Assembly: GCA_002295635.1 (NCBI GenBank)
Contig: DBHK01000003.1
Span: 12,561-76,560, forward strand
From: Alphaproteobacteria bacterium UBA830
Lineage (GTDB): Bacteria; Pseudomonadota; Alphaproteobacteria; MPNO01; UBA830
Reading direction: 5' to 3'
Length of the DNA stretch: 64,000 bases
Under the pieces are notes generated by a model. The model had not been told where the DNA came from, did no database searches, and worked only from the letters and a program-made list of their open reading frames with translations. Shown here piece by piece: positions 10,852 to 21,094 of the stretch. Every line of letters begins with the position of its first letter. Within the stretch, counting starts at the first letter, position 1. A program made the translations under genes and the position numbers.

Positions 10852-11766
10852 ATGGAAAAACTCGATGTTCCGGATAATATAGTCCAGCCTTTTCTCCTTG
10901 AGAATTCGGTTGCGCGGGGACGTTTAGTGCGCCTTGGAACAGTAGCCGACGAGATATTGAACGCACACGACTATCCAGATCCGGTTGCTATCACCCTTGC
11001 GGAAACTCTTGCGCTCGCAGCGGTTGTGGGCGGAATTTTTAAGTTCGATGGTCTGTTTTCCGTACAGGCAAAAGGTGATGGCCCTTTAGGAATAGTGGTT
11101 GCGGACTTAACCAGCGACGGCGCATTACGGGGATATGCCCAGTTTCGCGCCGGAGAAATCGCAACGTTGGAAAAAGAATGGTACAAAAACCCTGTTCCTC
11201 AACTTCTTGGTAGTGGATACCTGAGCTTTACGGTGGATCAGGGTAAGAACACCGACCGATATCAGGGTATTGTTGAACTAACCGGCGCTACCCTCGCAGA
11301 CTGTGCTCATAACTATTTCCAACAGTCCGATCAATTTGATGGGGTGGTTAGGCTTACATCAGGGCGGGATGGGGATGGTGCTTGGCGGTCTGGAGGTCTT
11401 CTGATTCAGAAAATGCCTTCTGAACAATTTGTCATCCAGTCGGAGGATTTTAACGAAGAGGATTTCGAGGTTGCTTGGCGCCGGGCGATTATTCTAATGG
11501 GTAGTAGTCGAGGACAGGAACTTCTAGATGCTGACCTGCATCCGAATGAGCTACTGTTCCGTTTGTTCCATGAAGACGGTGTGCGGGTGTTCGATCCTCT
11601 TCAACTGGAGGCGCGTTGTCGGTGTTCCATAGAGCGGGTTGAGAATATGCTTAAATCTTTTCCGCGTTCCGAGATCGAAAGCCTGAAAAATTTAATTTCC
11701 TGCGAATTCTGCGGCCGCGATTATTCGTTCTCAGGAAAAGACCTCGATCGGATTTTCAACGCTTGA
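10852..11766 (+). CDS. hslO: Hsp33 redox-regulated chaperone
   Basis: The C-terminus carries CRCS and CEFCGRDY zinc-binding cysteines. The likely start is MEKLD at 10852, because the longer ORF would overlap argF. Confidence 0.85.
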   Translation: MEKLDVPDNIVQPFLLENSVARGRLVRLGTVADEILNAHDYPDPVAITLAETLALAAVVGGIFKFDGLFSVQAKGDGPLGIVVADLTSDGALRGYAQFRAGEIATLEKEWYKNPVPQLLGSGYLSFTVDQGKNTDRYQGIVELTGATLADCAHNYFQQSDQFDGVVRLTSGRDGDGAWRSGGLLIQKMPSEQFVIQSEDFNEEDFEVAWRRAIILMGSSRGQELLDADLHPNELLFRLFHEDGVRVFDPLQLEARCRCSIERVENMLKSFPRSEIESLKNLISCEFCGRDYSFSGKDLDRIFNA

Positions 11767-11820
11767 TGTTTGTCCAAATCGGGAACATAAAAATCGTTAA
11801 CTTCAATTAGGAGTGACAGA

Positions 11821-12411
11821 ATGGACATCAAATCTGTCAAAATCGCCGGTCTGACATTGGTCGCTATTTTTTTCGCCGCGTGCGCCACCGAAGCTCCGGC
11901 TCCAGGATTTCCGCAGGTCTCGTTCTCTCACCTGCAGCCGATATTGCTGAATGTGGAAAGGATTGAGGTCGAGAATCGTTATGTCTCGCCTGCAGCTCGG
12001 CCGAACGTCGAACACCAATTTCCTTCTTCTCCCGCTGTCGTTGCAACCAATTGGGGACGAGACCGACTTCGCGCCGTAGGTTCATCTGGTGTAGCTCGAG
12101 TTATCGTTCGCCAAGCGAGCGTAGTTGAGGTGCCGTTGAAAAAGTCGGAGGGTTTGAAGGGAATTTTCACGAGAGATCAGTCCGAACGGTACGATGCGAT
12201 GATCGATATGCTGGCCGAAATCCGAGATGAGAATGGTGATGTCCGCGTAAAAGTGGAGTCAAGGGTGAGTCGATCGCAAACGGTGCCTGAAAACACCTCC
12301 CTAATCAAGCGTGAGACGGTTTGGTTTGAAATGACCGAAGCGATGATGAAAGATCTGAATAAAACCCTCGAGAAACAGATCCGAATTCATATGAAGAGCT
12401 GGGTGCGCTGA
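11821..12411 (+). CDS. Putative lipoprotein (hypothetical)
   Basis: The 196-aa protein has a signal peptide with a lipobox-like FFAAC segment. No domain was recognised. Confidence 0.5.
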   Translation: MDIKSVKIAGLTLVAIFFAACATEAPAPGFPQVSFSHLQPILLNVERIEVENRYVSPAARPNVEHQFPSSPAVVATNWGRDRLRAVGSSGVARVIVRQASVVEVPLKKSEGLKGIFTRDQSERYDAMIDMLAEIRDENGDVRVKVESRVSRSQTVPENTSLIKRETVWFEMTEAMMKDLNKTLEKQIRIHMKSWVR

Positions 12412-12519
12412 AAAAAGAACATTTGGCACTTCCCTTAAGGCAGCACACACATAATACAGTCAAGAAATTCTATACAGGCGGCGTGCTGGCCGTTTATAAG
12501 AATTCAACCTGCTACTATT

Positions 12520-13968
12520 CTAGCCTCGCCAGAACCATGGCGCGAAAAGTACGAGGACTGTGAATAGCTCCAGTCGACCCAGTAGCATACCAGCGGACAG
12601 TACCCACTTGGCGCTGTCCGGTAGAGCGGAGAAATTGCCGGTGGGACCAATGGTGTCACCAAGCGCAGGTCCAACATTACAGATCGCCGACGCAGCACCG
12701 GAAATAGCGGTCAGGAAATCTAGACCAATGAAATGGAGTAACCCGGCGATAATTGCAAAGATTAGCATGAATAGGAAGAAGAAGCTCATTACGGAGTTTT
12801 CGATCTCGTCGGTGATCGGTCGTCCATTGAAAGTGCCGATGAAGATGCCGTGTGGCCGAATCAGATGTTTCATCTGTACCTTGGCGGTCTGATAAAGAAT
12901 TTGATACCGGAAAATCTTGATAGAACAGGTGGTTGATCCAGCGCATCCTCCAATGAACATTATAAAAAAGAACACACCAGTGGCAAATGATCCCCAACTC
13001 GCATAATTGGCTGAAGAGTATCCTGTTCCAGTTATGATTGAAGTGACATTAAAGGCTGACTCACGCAGCGCCTGGAAGATATTGATATCATTTTTGATGT
13101 AATGAGCAACCGTCACTGCCATAACGAAAAATGCTACGATCAGGAAGAACCACCGTACTTGGTTGTCTCGCCATAACAGAAGGGGCTTCCCCCGAAGGGC
13201 TTGCAGATAGAGCGCGAAGGGTAGCGCCCCAAGCAGCATGAAACTAGTAATAATAATTTCCGCTGAAGGGTTGACGAACGCACCGATGGAACCGTCACGG
13301 GTAGAGAAACCGCCTGTCGCAATTGTCGTCATCGCATGTGCGATTGCGTCGAACCCCCTAAGACCGGAGAACCAGAGAAGGGTGGCGCAGGCTAAAGTTA
13401 ACGCCAGATAGACAAATCCGACCCCGCTTGCGACTTGGGCGACTCGTGGCATTACTTTTTCCGAACCATCAGAAGATTCAGTCTGAAACAATTGGTTGCC
13501 GCCAATCTTAAGCATTGGCAAAATCGCAATCGACATGACGATAATTCCGATTCCGCCCAGCCATTGAAGAATTGCACGCCATAACAATATGCCGTTTGGA
13601 GCTGAATCCAGATTAGAGATAACCGTCGAACCTGTGGTGGTGAGCCCCGACATTGCTTCGAAAAAGGCGTCCGTGAGACCAAGATCAAGATCGGCGAAAG
13701 CGAAAGGTAGAGCAGCAAAAAACGTCATGGCCACCCAACTGGCCGTTGTTAGAACAAACGCCTGACGTACTGACAGACGTGACGGTGGAGACATAGTGGT
13801 GAACAGCAGGGTTATGCCGATAAACGCCGTCAGCGCTGCCGCCGCCGCAAAGACTTGCCAGTCTGGATGTCCTACCACCAGATCGGCGATTAGCGGTGCA
13901 CACATCGCCGCTGCTAAAGTCGTGAGGAGAATGCCTATGATATATAAAATTGGACGGAAATCGAGCAC
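12520..13968 (-). CDS. trkH: TrkH family potassium uptake protein
   Basis: The 482-aa polytopic membrane protein has the TrkH/KtrB-like repeated M-P-M architecture and a conserved N-terminus. Confidence 0.88.
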   Translation of the reverse strand: MLDFRPILYIIGILLTTLAAAMCAPLIADLVVGHPDWQVFAAAAALTAFIGITLLFTTMSPPSRLSVRQAFVLTTASWVAMTFFAALPFAFADLDLGLTDAFFEAMSGLTTTGSTVISNLDSAPNGILLWRAILQWLGGIGIIVMSIAILPMLKIGGNQLFQTESSDGSEKVMPRVAQVASGVGFVYLALTLACATLLWFSGLRGFDAIAHAMTTIATGGFSTRDGSIGAFVNPSAEIIITSFMLLGALPFALYLQALRGKPLLLWRDNQVRWFFLIVAFFVMAVTVAHYIKNDINIFQALRESAFNVTSIITGTGYSSANYASWGSFATGVFFFIMFIGGCAGSTTCSIKIFRYQILYQTAKVQMKHLIRPHGIFIGTFNGRPITDEIENSVMSFFFLFMLIFAIIAGLLHFIGLDFLTAISGAASAICNVGPALGDTIGPTGNFSALPDSAKWVLSAGMLLGRLELFTVLVLFAPWFWRG

Positions 13969-14029
13969 GGCTCTGATCCGGTTTTATGACCTAGGTTAGG
14001 ACGCTATTAAGGATTTGCCGCAGCATAGT

Positions 14030-14422
14030 TTAGTTTACCTGCCGGGGTTCGTGAGGTGAGTCCAACGAAAAGGCCGGGATCTCGATGTCGAATTTTTCAC
14101 CATGGGGGTTCTTCATCTGGTAGGTGCCTTTCATTATACCTGAGGAGGTCGGTAACGGCGTGCCGCTTGTATACTCGTACGAATCACCCGGGTTTAGGAC
14201 CGGTTGCTCGCCGACTACGCCGGCGCCTCGTACCTCCTGTATCCGGCCAAGTCCATCCGTAATATGCCAGTAACGAGTCAGCAGTTGTACTGTCTCCGGC
14301 CCAACGTTTTCAATCTGGACTCGGTAGGCCCAGACAAACTGTCCATCTTCTGGCTCCGATTGTTCCTCCAGATAAATTGGCTCTACATCGACGCGGATCT
14401 CTCGTGTGACAGCAGAATACAT
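14030..14422 (-). CDS. apaG: ApaG (DUF525) protein
   Basis: The 130-aa protein has the ApaG-typical beta-sandwich sequence. It lies next to metZ, as in many alphaproteobacteria. Confidence 0.85.
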   Translation of the reverse strand: MYSAVTREIRVDVEPIYLEEQSEPEDGQFVWAYRVQIENVGPETVQLLTRYWHITDGLGRIQEVRGAGVVGEQPVLNPGDSYEYTSGTPLPTSSGIMKGTYQMKNPHGEKFDIEIPAFSLDSPHEPRQVN

Positions 14423-14480
14423 ATGGTGTGGTCCGATTAAAAGCAGATGTTAGTGTAGTTGATTTTTTAAACTAGTTAAA

Positions 14481-15704
14481 TCAACGATCTTTATTGGCGT
14501 CGGCACAACGGGCAGCGGTAAAGGCCTGTTCTAGGTCGTCCCTCACGTCGAGTGGATCTTCGAGTCCGACTGACAACCGGACCATGCCGTCGTCCAGCCC
14601 CAGACTATCTCGATCTTCTGCCGATAAGCGTTGGTGGGTTGTCGTAGCTGGATGCGTTAGGAGGCTTTTAGAATCACCGAGATTATTTGAAATGTCTATC
14701 AGTTTCATAGAGTTCATGAGCTTGAACACAGCCTCCTTCCCGTCTTCATGCGAGAAGGTAATCACGTTGCCAAAATCCGACATTTGTTTCGATGCCAGCT
14801 CATACTGAGGGTGGCTTTGGAGACCCGGATACCGGACCTTAGAAAGGTCGCCTCGCGTTTCGAGGTAGTCTGCAATCAAACGGGCGTTTTCGCAATGCCG
14901 ACGGATACGAAGATCTAACGTTTCTAGTCCCTTCAACATGACCCAAGCGTTAAAAGGGCTCAGTGAAGGACCTGTATGCCGGAGAAAGGGCTTGAGGGTA
15001 TTTTCGCAATAATCTTCGTCCCCAAGTACTACGCCGCCAAGGCATCTGCCTTGGCCATCGATGTGCTTGGTAGCAGAGTAAACCACAATATCGGCTCCGA
15101 GTTGGATGGGTCTTTGCAGCAGAGGTGTGGCGAATACGTTGTCTACAATAACCTTGGCCCCGGAAGAATGCGCGAGATCTGCGACCGCCGAAATGTCGAC
15201 AATCTCTAGGCCGGGGTTCGACGGGGTCTCAACAAACACGCATTTGGTCCGCCGTCTTAGTGCATCCTCCCACTGGTTGAGATCGGTAGCGTCAACAATT
15301 GTGACATCCACCCCGTACTTCGGAAGAATATCAGTCAAGATATAGAGGCAGGATCCAAAAAGAGCTCGGCTACCAACGACATGATCGCCAGCCTCTACCA
15401 TACATGCCATCGACGCGAACACTGCAGACATACCTGTGGCAGTTGCTTTGCCCTTGTCTGCACCTTCGATTAGCGCCATCCGTTCTTGGAACATATCTAC
15501 GGTAGGATTGGAGAACCGAGAATAGATGAATCGGTCGTTAATACCTTGGAAAGCTTTTTCGGCCTGCTCGGCGTATTCGTACACATAGCCTGATGTCGCA
15601 AATATCGCTTCGCCGGTTTCGCCGAATTCGCTGCGCTTTGTGCCTCCCCGTACTGCCAGCGTTTGTCCACGCCAACTATCCTGAACCGGTTTGTTTATTG
15701 CCAT
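14481..15704 (-). CDS. metZ: O-succinylhomoserine sulfhydrylase (Cys/Met-metabolism PLP enzyme)
   Basis: The 407-aa protein belongs to the cystathionine gamma-synthase family, shown by its ...VYSATKHIDGQG... PLP-lysine region. It keeps the apaG-metZ synteny. Confidence 0.82.
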   Translation of the reverse strand: MAINKPVQDSWRGQTLAVRGGTKRSEFGETGEAIFATSGYVYEYAEQAEKAFQGINDRFIYSRFSNPTVDMFQERMALIEGADKGKATATGMSAVFASMACMVEAGDHVVGSRALFGSCLYILTDILPKYGVDVTIVDATDLNQWEDALRRRTKCVFVETPSNPGLEIVDISAVADLAHSSGAKVIVDNVFATPLLQRPIQLGADIVVYSATKHIDGQGRCLGGVVLGDEDYCENTLKPFLRHTGPSLSPFNAWVMLKGLETLDLRIRRHCENARLIADYLETRGDLSKVRYPGLQSHPQYELASKQMSDFGNVITFSHEDGKEAVFKLMNSMKLIDISNNLGDSKSLLTHPATTTHQRLSAEDRDSLGLDDGMVRLSVGLEDPLDVRDDLEQAFTAARCADANKDR

Positions 15705-15877
15705 TTTTCGCTCCTGGGAAAACGCCGAAATAAAAATCCCCGACCTAAGGGCCGGGGTTTTCAGGAATCTCCCGACCTTTTAGCGTTTATTTTAACGTGG
15801 CCGCAAGCCGGTCGGCTCAAATTACCACGACAGTTAGTGAGAAATACCCCCGTCGGGATTTTACGTCAAGAAATGCT

Positions 15878-16882
15878 TTAATGCCTAGTTTCCCTCCACC
15901 GCCAGACTGCGGCAGAAAAGAGGATCATTGCGCCAGCTTGATGGGCCCAGGCGATAAAAATCATTGCCTCAGAAAGAATAGTTAAAACACCTAGTCCGAA
16001 TTGAAACAAAGCCACGGCACCAAGGATATTGAGTGCTGTTGATCTATTGGCTCGGTCACGCCACCAGATCCAAATGATCACGGTGACGGTGACGGTAGCG
16101 AGGATACGGTGGAGCCACTGAACAAGGCCTATGTTATCGAATAGGTTAAGAACAAGTGGCGAAGAAGAAAGCGAATACGGTGGAAAAAAGTGTCCATCCA
16201 TCAGTGGGAACGTGTTAAATACCGAGCCACCATCTAAACCCGCCATGAAGGCGCCCCATATCATAGTCGTGAAAACAAGCGCGGCCGGCCAACTCGATCC
16301 GTAGGCAGATCTAAAGGATTTTCTCCTTCCGGGCCGAAGGCCGATGGCGATAAATAACATGATTCCATAAATCATAACGGCCAGCCCGAGATGCGCAGCG
16401 AGCCGGTAGTGGCTGACGGAGGGGTCTTCCACCAGCCCCGATTTGACCATGTACCAGCCTAGTACGCCCTGCGCCGCACCTAACACAAAAAGTAGACCCA
16501 AGCTTACCGTTAGCCGAGTTGTCAGCCGGTAACGGAAAGCAAACCAGAGGAGAGGCAAAAGATAGACAATACCGAGAATGCGACCCAGTAATCGATGTAA
16601 GTATTCAAGCCAGAAGATACGTTTAAAGTCCTCCAGCCCCATCCAGAAATTGAGTTTTACGAATTCTGGCGAATTTCGGTAAGCGTCAAATATGGACGCC
16701 CAAGCGGAGTCGGAAGTGGGTGGTAACCATCCGGTAACAGGGCGCCAATAGACCATCGAAAGACCGGATTCGGTCAATCGCGTAATCCCACCGAGGAGTA
16801 CCATCGTGAAAACAAAGCCGCAGCAGACAAAAAGCCAAATACGGATCGATTTGTAGGGCGGATTGGCACGAACCAATGCCAT
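15878..16882 (-). CDS. ctaA: Heme A synthase (COX15/CtaA)
   Basis: The 334-aa protein has 8 TM helices, and its N-terminus ...GGITRLTESGLSM.YW... is typical of type-2 CtaA. Confidence 0.85.
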   Translation of the reverse strand: MALVRANPPYKSIRIWLFVCCGFVFTMVLLGGITRLTESGLSMVYWRPVTGWLPPTSDSAWASIFDAYRNSPEFVKLNFWMGLEDFKRIFWLEYLHRLLGRILGIVYLLPLLWFAFRYRLTTRLTVSLGLLFVLGAAQGVLGWYMVKSGLVEDPSVSHYRLAAHLGLAVMIYGIMLFIAIGLRPGRRKSFRSAYGSSWPAALVFTTMIWGAFMAGLDGGSVFNTFPLMDGHFFPPYSLSSSPLVLNLFDNIGLVQWLHRILATVTVTVIIWIWWRDRANRSTALNILGAVALFQFGLGVLTILSEAMIFIAWAHQAGAMILFSAAVWRWRETRH

Positions 16883-17022
16883 ATATTTACGCCTTTCAGG
16901 TTTAATTTTATAGCTAGTTAGTCAGGCCCAGACCTTCTGGCAACCGGTTGCGGCGCTTTGTTGGCAAACAATAATGTAAGTGACAGCCCCTCGATCGTGG
17001 CTGATGCGCCACCCGGCCATAG

Positions 17023-19857
17023 TTAAGTTGATAGAAAACCATGGGTGATAGCCACTGCGTCAGCAAGGCCAACACGTTCGATTTTAACACCGTGGGGGAA
17101 GGCACCCGCAAGCCGAGACGGCATCATTGGGTCTAGAATTACGAACATGCCAGAGTCTTTATTCCGCCTTACTAGGCGGCCGTAGGCCTGTTTGAGGCGC
17201 AGTCGGGTAATTAGGTCGTCATATTGGGATCTTTTGAACGCCTTGCGACGGGCGCGATGTAATATTGAAGGACGTGGCCAAGGCACTCGGTCGAATACGA
17301 TTAGCCGCAAACTACGCCCAGGAACATCTACCCCATCGCGTATCGCATCCGTCCCCAGAAGACAGGATTTCTCCTCTGCGCGAAATATATCGACCAAACA
17401 ACCAGTATCGATCCGATCGACGTGTTGGGCTAATAAAAGATTACCGGCGTCTTCCATCTGGGGGGCAATGCTTTTGTGTACGGCCCGCAGCCTGGAGATT
17501 GCCGTGAATATTCCAAGCGCACCGCCGCCCGCGGCGAGGAACAACTCCCGATAGGCCGTAGCTACCTGGGTTATATCATTCTTGCTTACATCAGTGACGA
17601 CCACGACTTTTGTTTGTTTGGCATAATCGAATGGAGACGAAACCTGGGCGCGATACGGCGGTTCTTCAAGGTGTATCGTACCCGTACGCTCTTCCGCAGC
17701 AAGCCAGTCAATTTCTGCGTTGCCAGTACCGTCGCGAAGTGTGGCTGAGGTTACCACTATTCCGTGGGCCGGCGCTGCCACGGATCTGGCAAACGGCAGC
17801 ATTGGGTCAACCCAGTGTCTATGCATACTGATATCGACATCTCGCCCTTGAGACCGGGAGATCGAAAACCAGTCTACAAATTCCTCTGATGTACCGTCGA
17901 CAAGCGCGTCGAGCATCGAACACCAGGGTTCCAATTGAGCTTCCAAGCGGCGGCGCAGGCCTCGGACTACACTCTCGATCCGGTTACGCTGGGCGGTTTC
18001 AAGTTCACTGGCGTTTTTGCCCAGCACCAAAATTAGTCGTTCGGAGAGTTTTTCCATTGGTTGCATCAACCGATTGAGCGATATCCTCAAAGTTTTTGCG
18101 GCCTCAAGCAGGCCTGGTGTCGGGCTATCGGTCTCGACTTCCAGATTATACGGCGATCGAGCGTCCTTGGCTCGCGCATATACTTGTTCACGGAGCCCGG
18201 CAAAAAATAGTTCCGATTCTCCGAGCGATGTGCCACCAGCAATGCGCTGATTCCAGCCCGGACCGGGCAGGATGTGCGCGGCCTCTGTAATCAATCCGAC
18301 CAATTCGGCGGCCCGTTTGTCGAGAGCGGTGACATCCTCGATACGTCGCCGTAATCCTCTCGCCCGTGTTTTATGACCCTCTTCTGGACCGAGCAGCCAG
18401 CGACGCAGTTCCGTGCCTTCTTGGCCGCTTAGCTGTGCCGAGAAGGCGCTATCCGCCGCGTCAAATAGATGATGTCCTTCGTCGAAAACCAGCCGAGTTG
18501 GATAGTGTCCATCATCCATCCCGCCTGAGGCAATTTGCGCCATCACCAGAGCATGATTAGCAACGACGATATCAGCGCGTTTCGCACGTCGGATCGTCTT
18601 TTCCACGAAGCATTTGTGATAATGAGTGCATCCCGAATAGATACATTCGCCACGCCGGTCGGTTAAGCCGGTTGTGTTGCGGGCACCTGCGAGATCAACC
18701 AGCCACGCCGGAAAGTCGCCGCCAGTGATATCGCCGTCGCGGGTCGCGGTCAGCCAACGCGCCATGAGCCCCAGCCCAATAGAATCGTCGGGACGGCTCT
18801 GCAATCCGGAGAGTGCATCTTCGTAATTTAACAGGCATAGGTAATTTTCTCGGCCCTTGCGGATAACAACTTTACGGTTCTTAGTAACGGGATCGGGATG
18901 CAGGCGATTGAGTTCATCATCGATCTGGCGCTGAAGGTTTCGAGTATAAGTGCTAATCCATACAGTGCTATCATTTCGCTCAGCCCAGAGGCTGGCCGGT
19001 GCAATATAGCCGAGAGTTTTGCCTACACCGGTTCCAGCTTCCGCAAGTACCGCTTTTGGAGCGCTCGCTTCGTCGCGTGGTGCGAAAGCTTGAGATACGG
19101 CGGAAGCGTAGTCTCCCTGCTGTGGGCGGTCTTCCGCATCGTTGCCGACGAGTTCGGCAAGTCGGGTCCGTGTCTCGTCCGAAGACACCAAAATATTGCC
19201 AGGCTGTCCTTCCGGTGCGAATTCCGACCACTCCGGGAGGCGATGCCATACTTCCAGCGCCCTACTCTCAATCCCGTGCAAGGTGGGGAGAGATTCTGCC
19301 GCAAGAGACCTCAAAACTATCGGCGTCCATGCCCATTTTCCGGCTCCCATGACCTGTGCCGTTTCGATAATGAGATTGCGGTCGTGCTCTGGTGCCACGC
19401 GAATGAGGTCTGTCAGCAGGAGGTCAATTGCGCGCTGTAGCAGCAGCGCTTGGTCTTCAAGTGCATCTGAGCTTTCCAGATTAAGCGCATCCGCCAGACC
19501 CGATGGTGTCGGACGGCAGAATCGGGCCGGGTGTACGAAAGCAAATAGTTCTAGGATATCGAGCGCTGGAAAGGGGGGGATGTTGAGGCGTCGCGCGGTT
19601 GCTGGCACATGACATACTATCGGAAGCAGGCCACGTTCGATTTGTTTGATTGCGGCCGCTTTTTTTAGTGTTTTCAGCGATCCGTCAGCGAAGGCAACGA
19701 CTGCACCTCTGTGACCGACCGCCAACGCGGCAACATTCATTTGGTGGGCCGGCGCGGATTCAGAATAACTGGAGTTTGCATCGACCATACCCGAGTATAC
19801 ACGAATCCTCTGCGTCGGTATTTTCTTGCGAGTAAAGATGCGCCATCTTGTGCACAT
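17023..19857 (-). CDS. DinG/XPD-family ATP-dependent DNA helicase with N-terminal extension
   Basis: The 944-aa protein has a DEGH box (VFDEGHHL) and Fe-S cysteines (CIYSGCTHYHKC). The real start may be the internal Met at 19788. Confidence 0.8.
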   Translation of the reverse strand: MCTRWRIFTRKKIPTQRIRVYSGMVDANSSYSESAPAHQMNVAALAVGHRGAVVAFADGSLKTLKKAAAIKQIERGLLPIVCHVPATARRLNIPPFPALDILELFAFVHPARFCRPTPSGLADALNLESSDALEDQALLLQRAIDLLLTDLIRVAPEHDRNLIIETAQVMGAGKWAWTPIVLRSLAAESLPTLHGIESRALEVWHRLPEWSEFAPEGQPGNILVSSDETRTRLAELVGNDAEDRPQQGDYASAVSQAFAPRDEASAPKAVLAEAGTGVGKTLGYIAPASLWAERNDSTVWISTYTRNLQRQIDDELNRLHPDPVTKNRKVVIRKGRENYLCLLNYEDALSGLQSRPDDSIGLGLMARWLTATRDGDITGGDFPAWLVDLAGARNTTGLTDRRGECIYSGCTHYHKCFVEKTIRRAKRADIVVANHALVMAQIASGGMDDGHYPTRLVFDEGHHLFDAADSAFSAQLSGQEGTELRRWLLGPEEGHKTRARGLRRRIEDVTALDKRAAELVGLITEAAHILPGPGWNQRIAGGTSLGESELFFAGLREQVYARAKDARSPYNLEVETDSPTPGLLEAAKTLRISLNRLMQPMEKLSERLILVLGKNASELETAQRNRIESVVRGLRRRLEAQLEPWCSMLDALVDGTSEEFVDWFSISRSQGRDVDISMHRHWVDPMLPFARSVAAPAHGIVVTSATLRDGTGNAEIDWLAAEERTGTIHLEEPPYRAQVSSPFDYAKQTKVVVVTDVSKNDITQVATAYRELFLAAGGGALGIFTAISRLRAVHKSIAPQMEDAGNLLLAQHVDRIDTGCLVDIFRAEEKSCLLGTDAIRDGVDVPGRSLRLIVFDRVPWPRPSILHRARRKAFKRSQYDDLITRLRLKQAYGRLVRRNKDSGMFVILDPMMPSRLAGAFPHGVKIERVGLADAVAITHGFLST

Positions 19858-19880
19858 GCAGAGCTTGATTTAAAAATAAT

Positions 19881-19898
19881 TTTTACATATGTGTAAAA
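19881..19898. promoter_or_regulatory. Inverted repeat TTTTACA-TATG-TGTAAAA in the divergent helicase / acyl-CoA dehydrogenase intergenic region; candidate operator
   Basis: A 7-bp perfect inverted repeat with a 4-bp spacer lies 31 bp upstream of the acd start codon. Confidence 0.4.
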
Positions 19899-19928
19899 TT
19901 AATTGATTGCTCTATCAAGGATACCATC

Positions 19929-21083
19929 ATGACCGGTGAGTACGCAGATATTCGGGAACAAGTTCAGAAGCTTTGTGCGCAGTATCCTAGTGAATACTGG
20001 CGCAAGCTTGACGCGAAGCGGGAATATCCGACGGAATTTGTCGAGGCCTTAACTAAGGCTGGATACCTCTCCGTCCTAATTCCCGAAGAATTTGGAGGTT
20101 CGGGTCTCGGAATCACAGCGGCAGCAGTTATCATGGAGGAAATCCAGAAGTCTGGATGTAATGGCGGTGCCTGTCATGCCCAAATGTACACCATGGGTAC
20201 GGTGCTACGTCACGGCTCGGACGAGCAGAAACGAAAATATCTGCCCGGGATCGCCTCAGGAGACCTCCGTATGCAAGCCTTTGGCGTGACGGAGCCAACC
20301 AGCGGGACCGACACTCTGAGTCTGCGAACGACGGCGACCAAGAATGGTAACGGGGATTATGTGATCAATGGGCAGAAGATATGGACGTCCCGGGTTGAAC
20401 ATTCGGACTTGATGCTTCTATTGGCGCGGACCCAGTCGCGAGAAGAGGTCGAAAAACGCACTGACGGATTGTCAGTCTTTATAGTTGATATTCGCGAGGC
20501 GCATGGAAACGGGCTGGAGATCAAGCCTATCCGAACGATGATCAACCATGCTACCACCGAGGTGTTTTTCGATGATCTGGTTGTTCCCAAGGATTGCTTG
20601 GTCGGTTCAGAAGGCAAGGGTTTTCGCTATATTCTTGACGGTATGAATGCTGAGCGGATCCTGATTGCCGCGGAGTGCATCGGTGATGCTCTCTGGTTCA
20701 TCCAAAAGGCAACCGATTATGCCAATAACCGCAACGTATTTGGTCGCGAAATTGGTAAAAATCAAGGTATACAGTTCCCGATCGCGGAAGCGCATATGCA
20801 GACCGAGGCGGCGAACCTAATGGTCGAGAAAGCGGCGCGCCTTTTTGAGGCTGGCGGGCAGAGGGGCGCCGAGGCGAACATGGCAAAATACTTGGCGTCC
20901 GAAGCCTCTTGGAAAGCGGCCGATATGTGTATGCAAACCCATGGCGGTTTTGCTTTTGCTGAGGAATACGATGTTGAGAGGAAGTTCCGAGAAACTAGGC
21001 TTTACCGTATCGCGCCTATCTCGAATAACTTGGTACTATCGTTCGTCGCAGAACACGTTCTCGGTCTACCGAAAAGCTACTGA
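19929..21083 (+). CDS. Acyl-CoA dehydrogenase family protein
   Basis: The 384-aa protein has an ACAD fold, and its catalytic region ...FAEEYDVERKFRETRLYRIAPISNNL... is typical. Confidence 0.9.
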   Translation: MTGEYADIREQVQKLCAQYPSEYWRKLDAKREYPTEFVEALTKAGYLSVLIPEEFGGSGLGITAAAVIMEEIQKSGCNGGACHAQMYTMGTVLRHGSDEQKRKYLPGIASGDLRMQAFGVTEPTSGTDTLSLRTTATKNGNGDYVINGQKIWTSRVEHSDLMLLLARTQSREEVEKRTDGLSVFIVDIREAHGNGLEIKPIRTMINHATTEVFFDDLVVPKDCLVGSEGKGFRYILDGMNAERILIAAECIGDALWFIQKATDYANNRNVFGREIGKNQGIQFPIAEAHMQTEAANLMVEKAARLFEAGGQRGAEANMAKYLASEASWKAADMCMQTHGGFAFAEEYDVERKFRETRLYRIAPISNNLVLSFVAEHVLGLPKSY

Positions 21084-21094
21084 GAACCTCAGTA

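Noticed and set aside
17192-19896. Numerous 60-180-aa ORFs on both strands within the helicase gene, e.g. 18898-19440(+) and 19142-19612(+)
   Set aside because: They are off-frame or antisense to a 944-aa gene with conserved helicase motifs, and their composition is Arg/Pro/Ser-biased.
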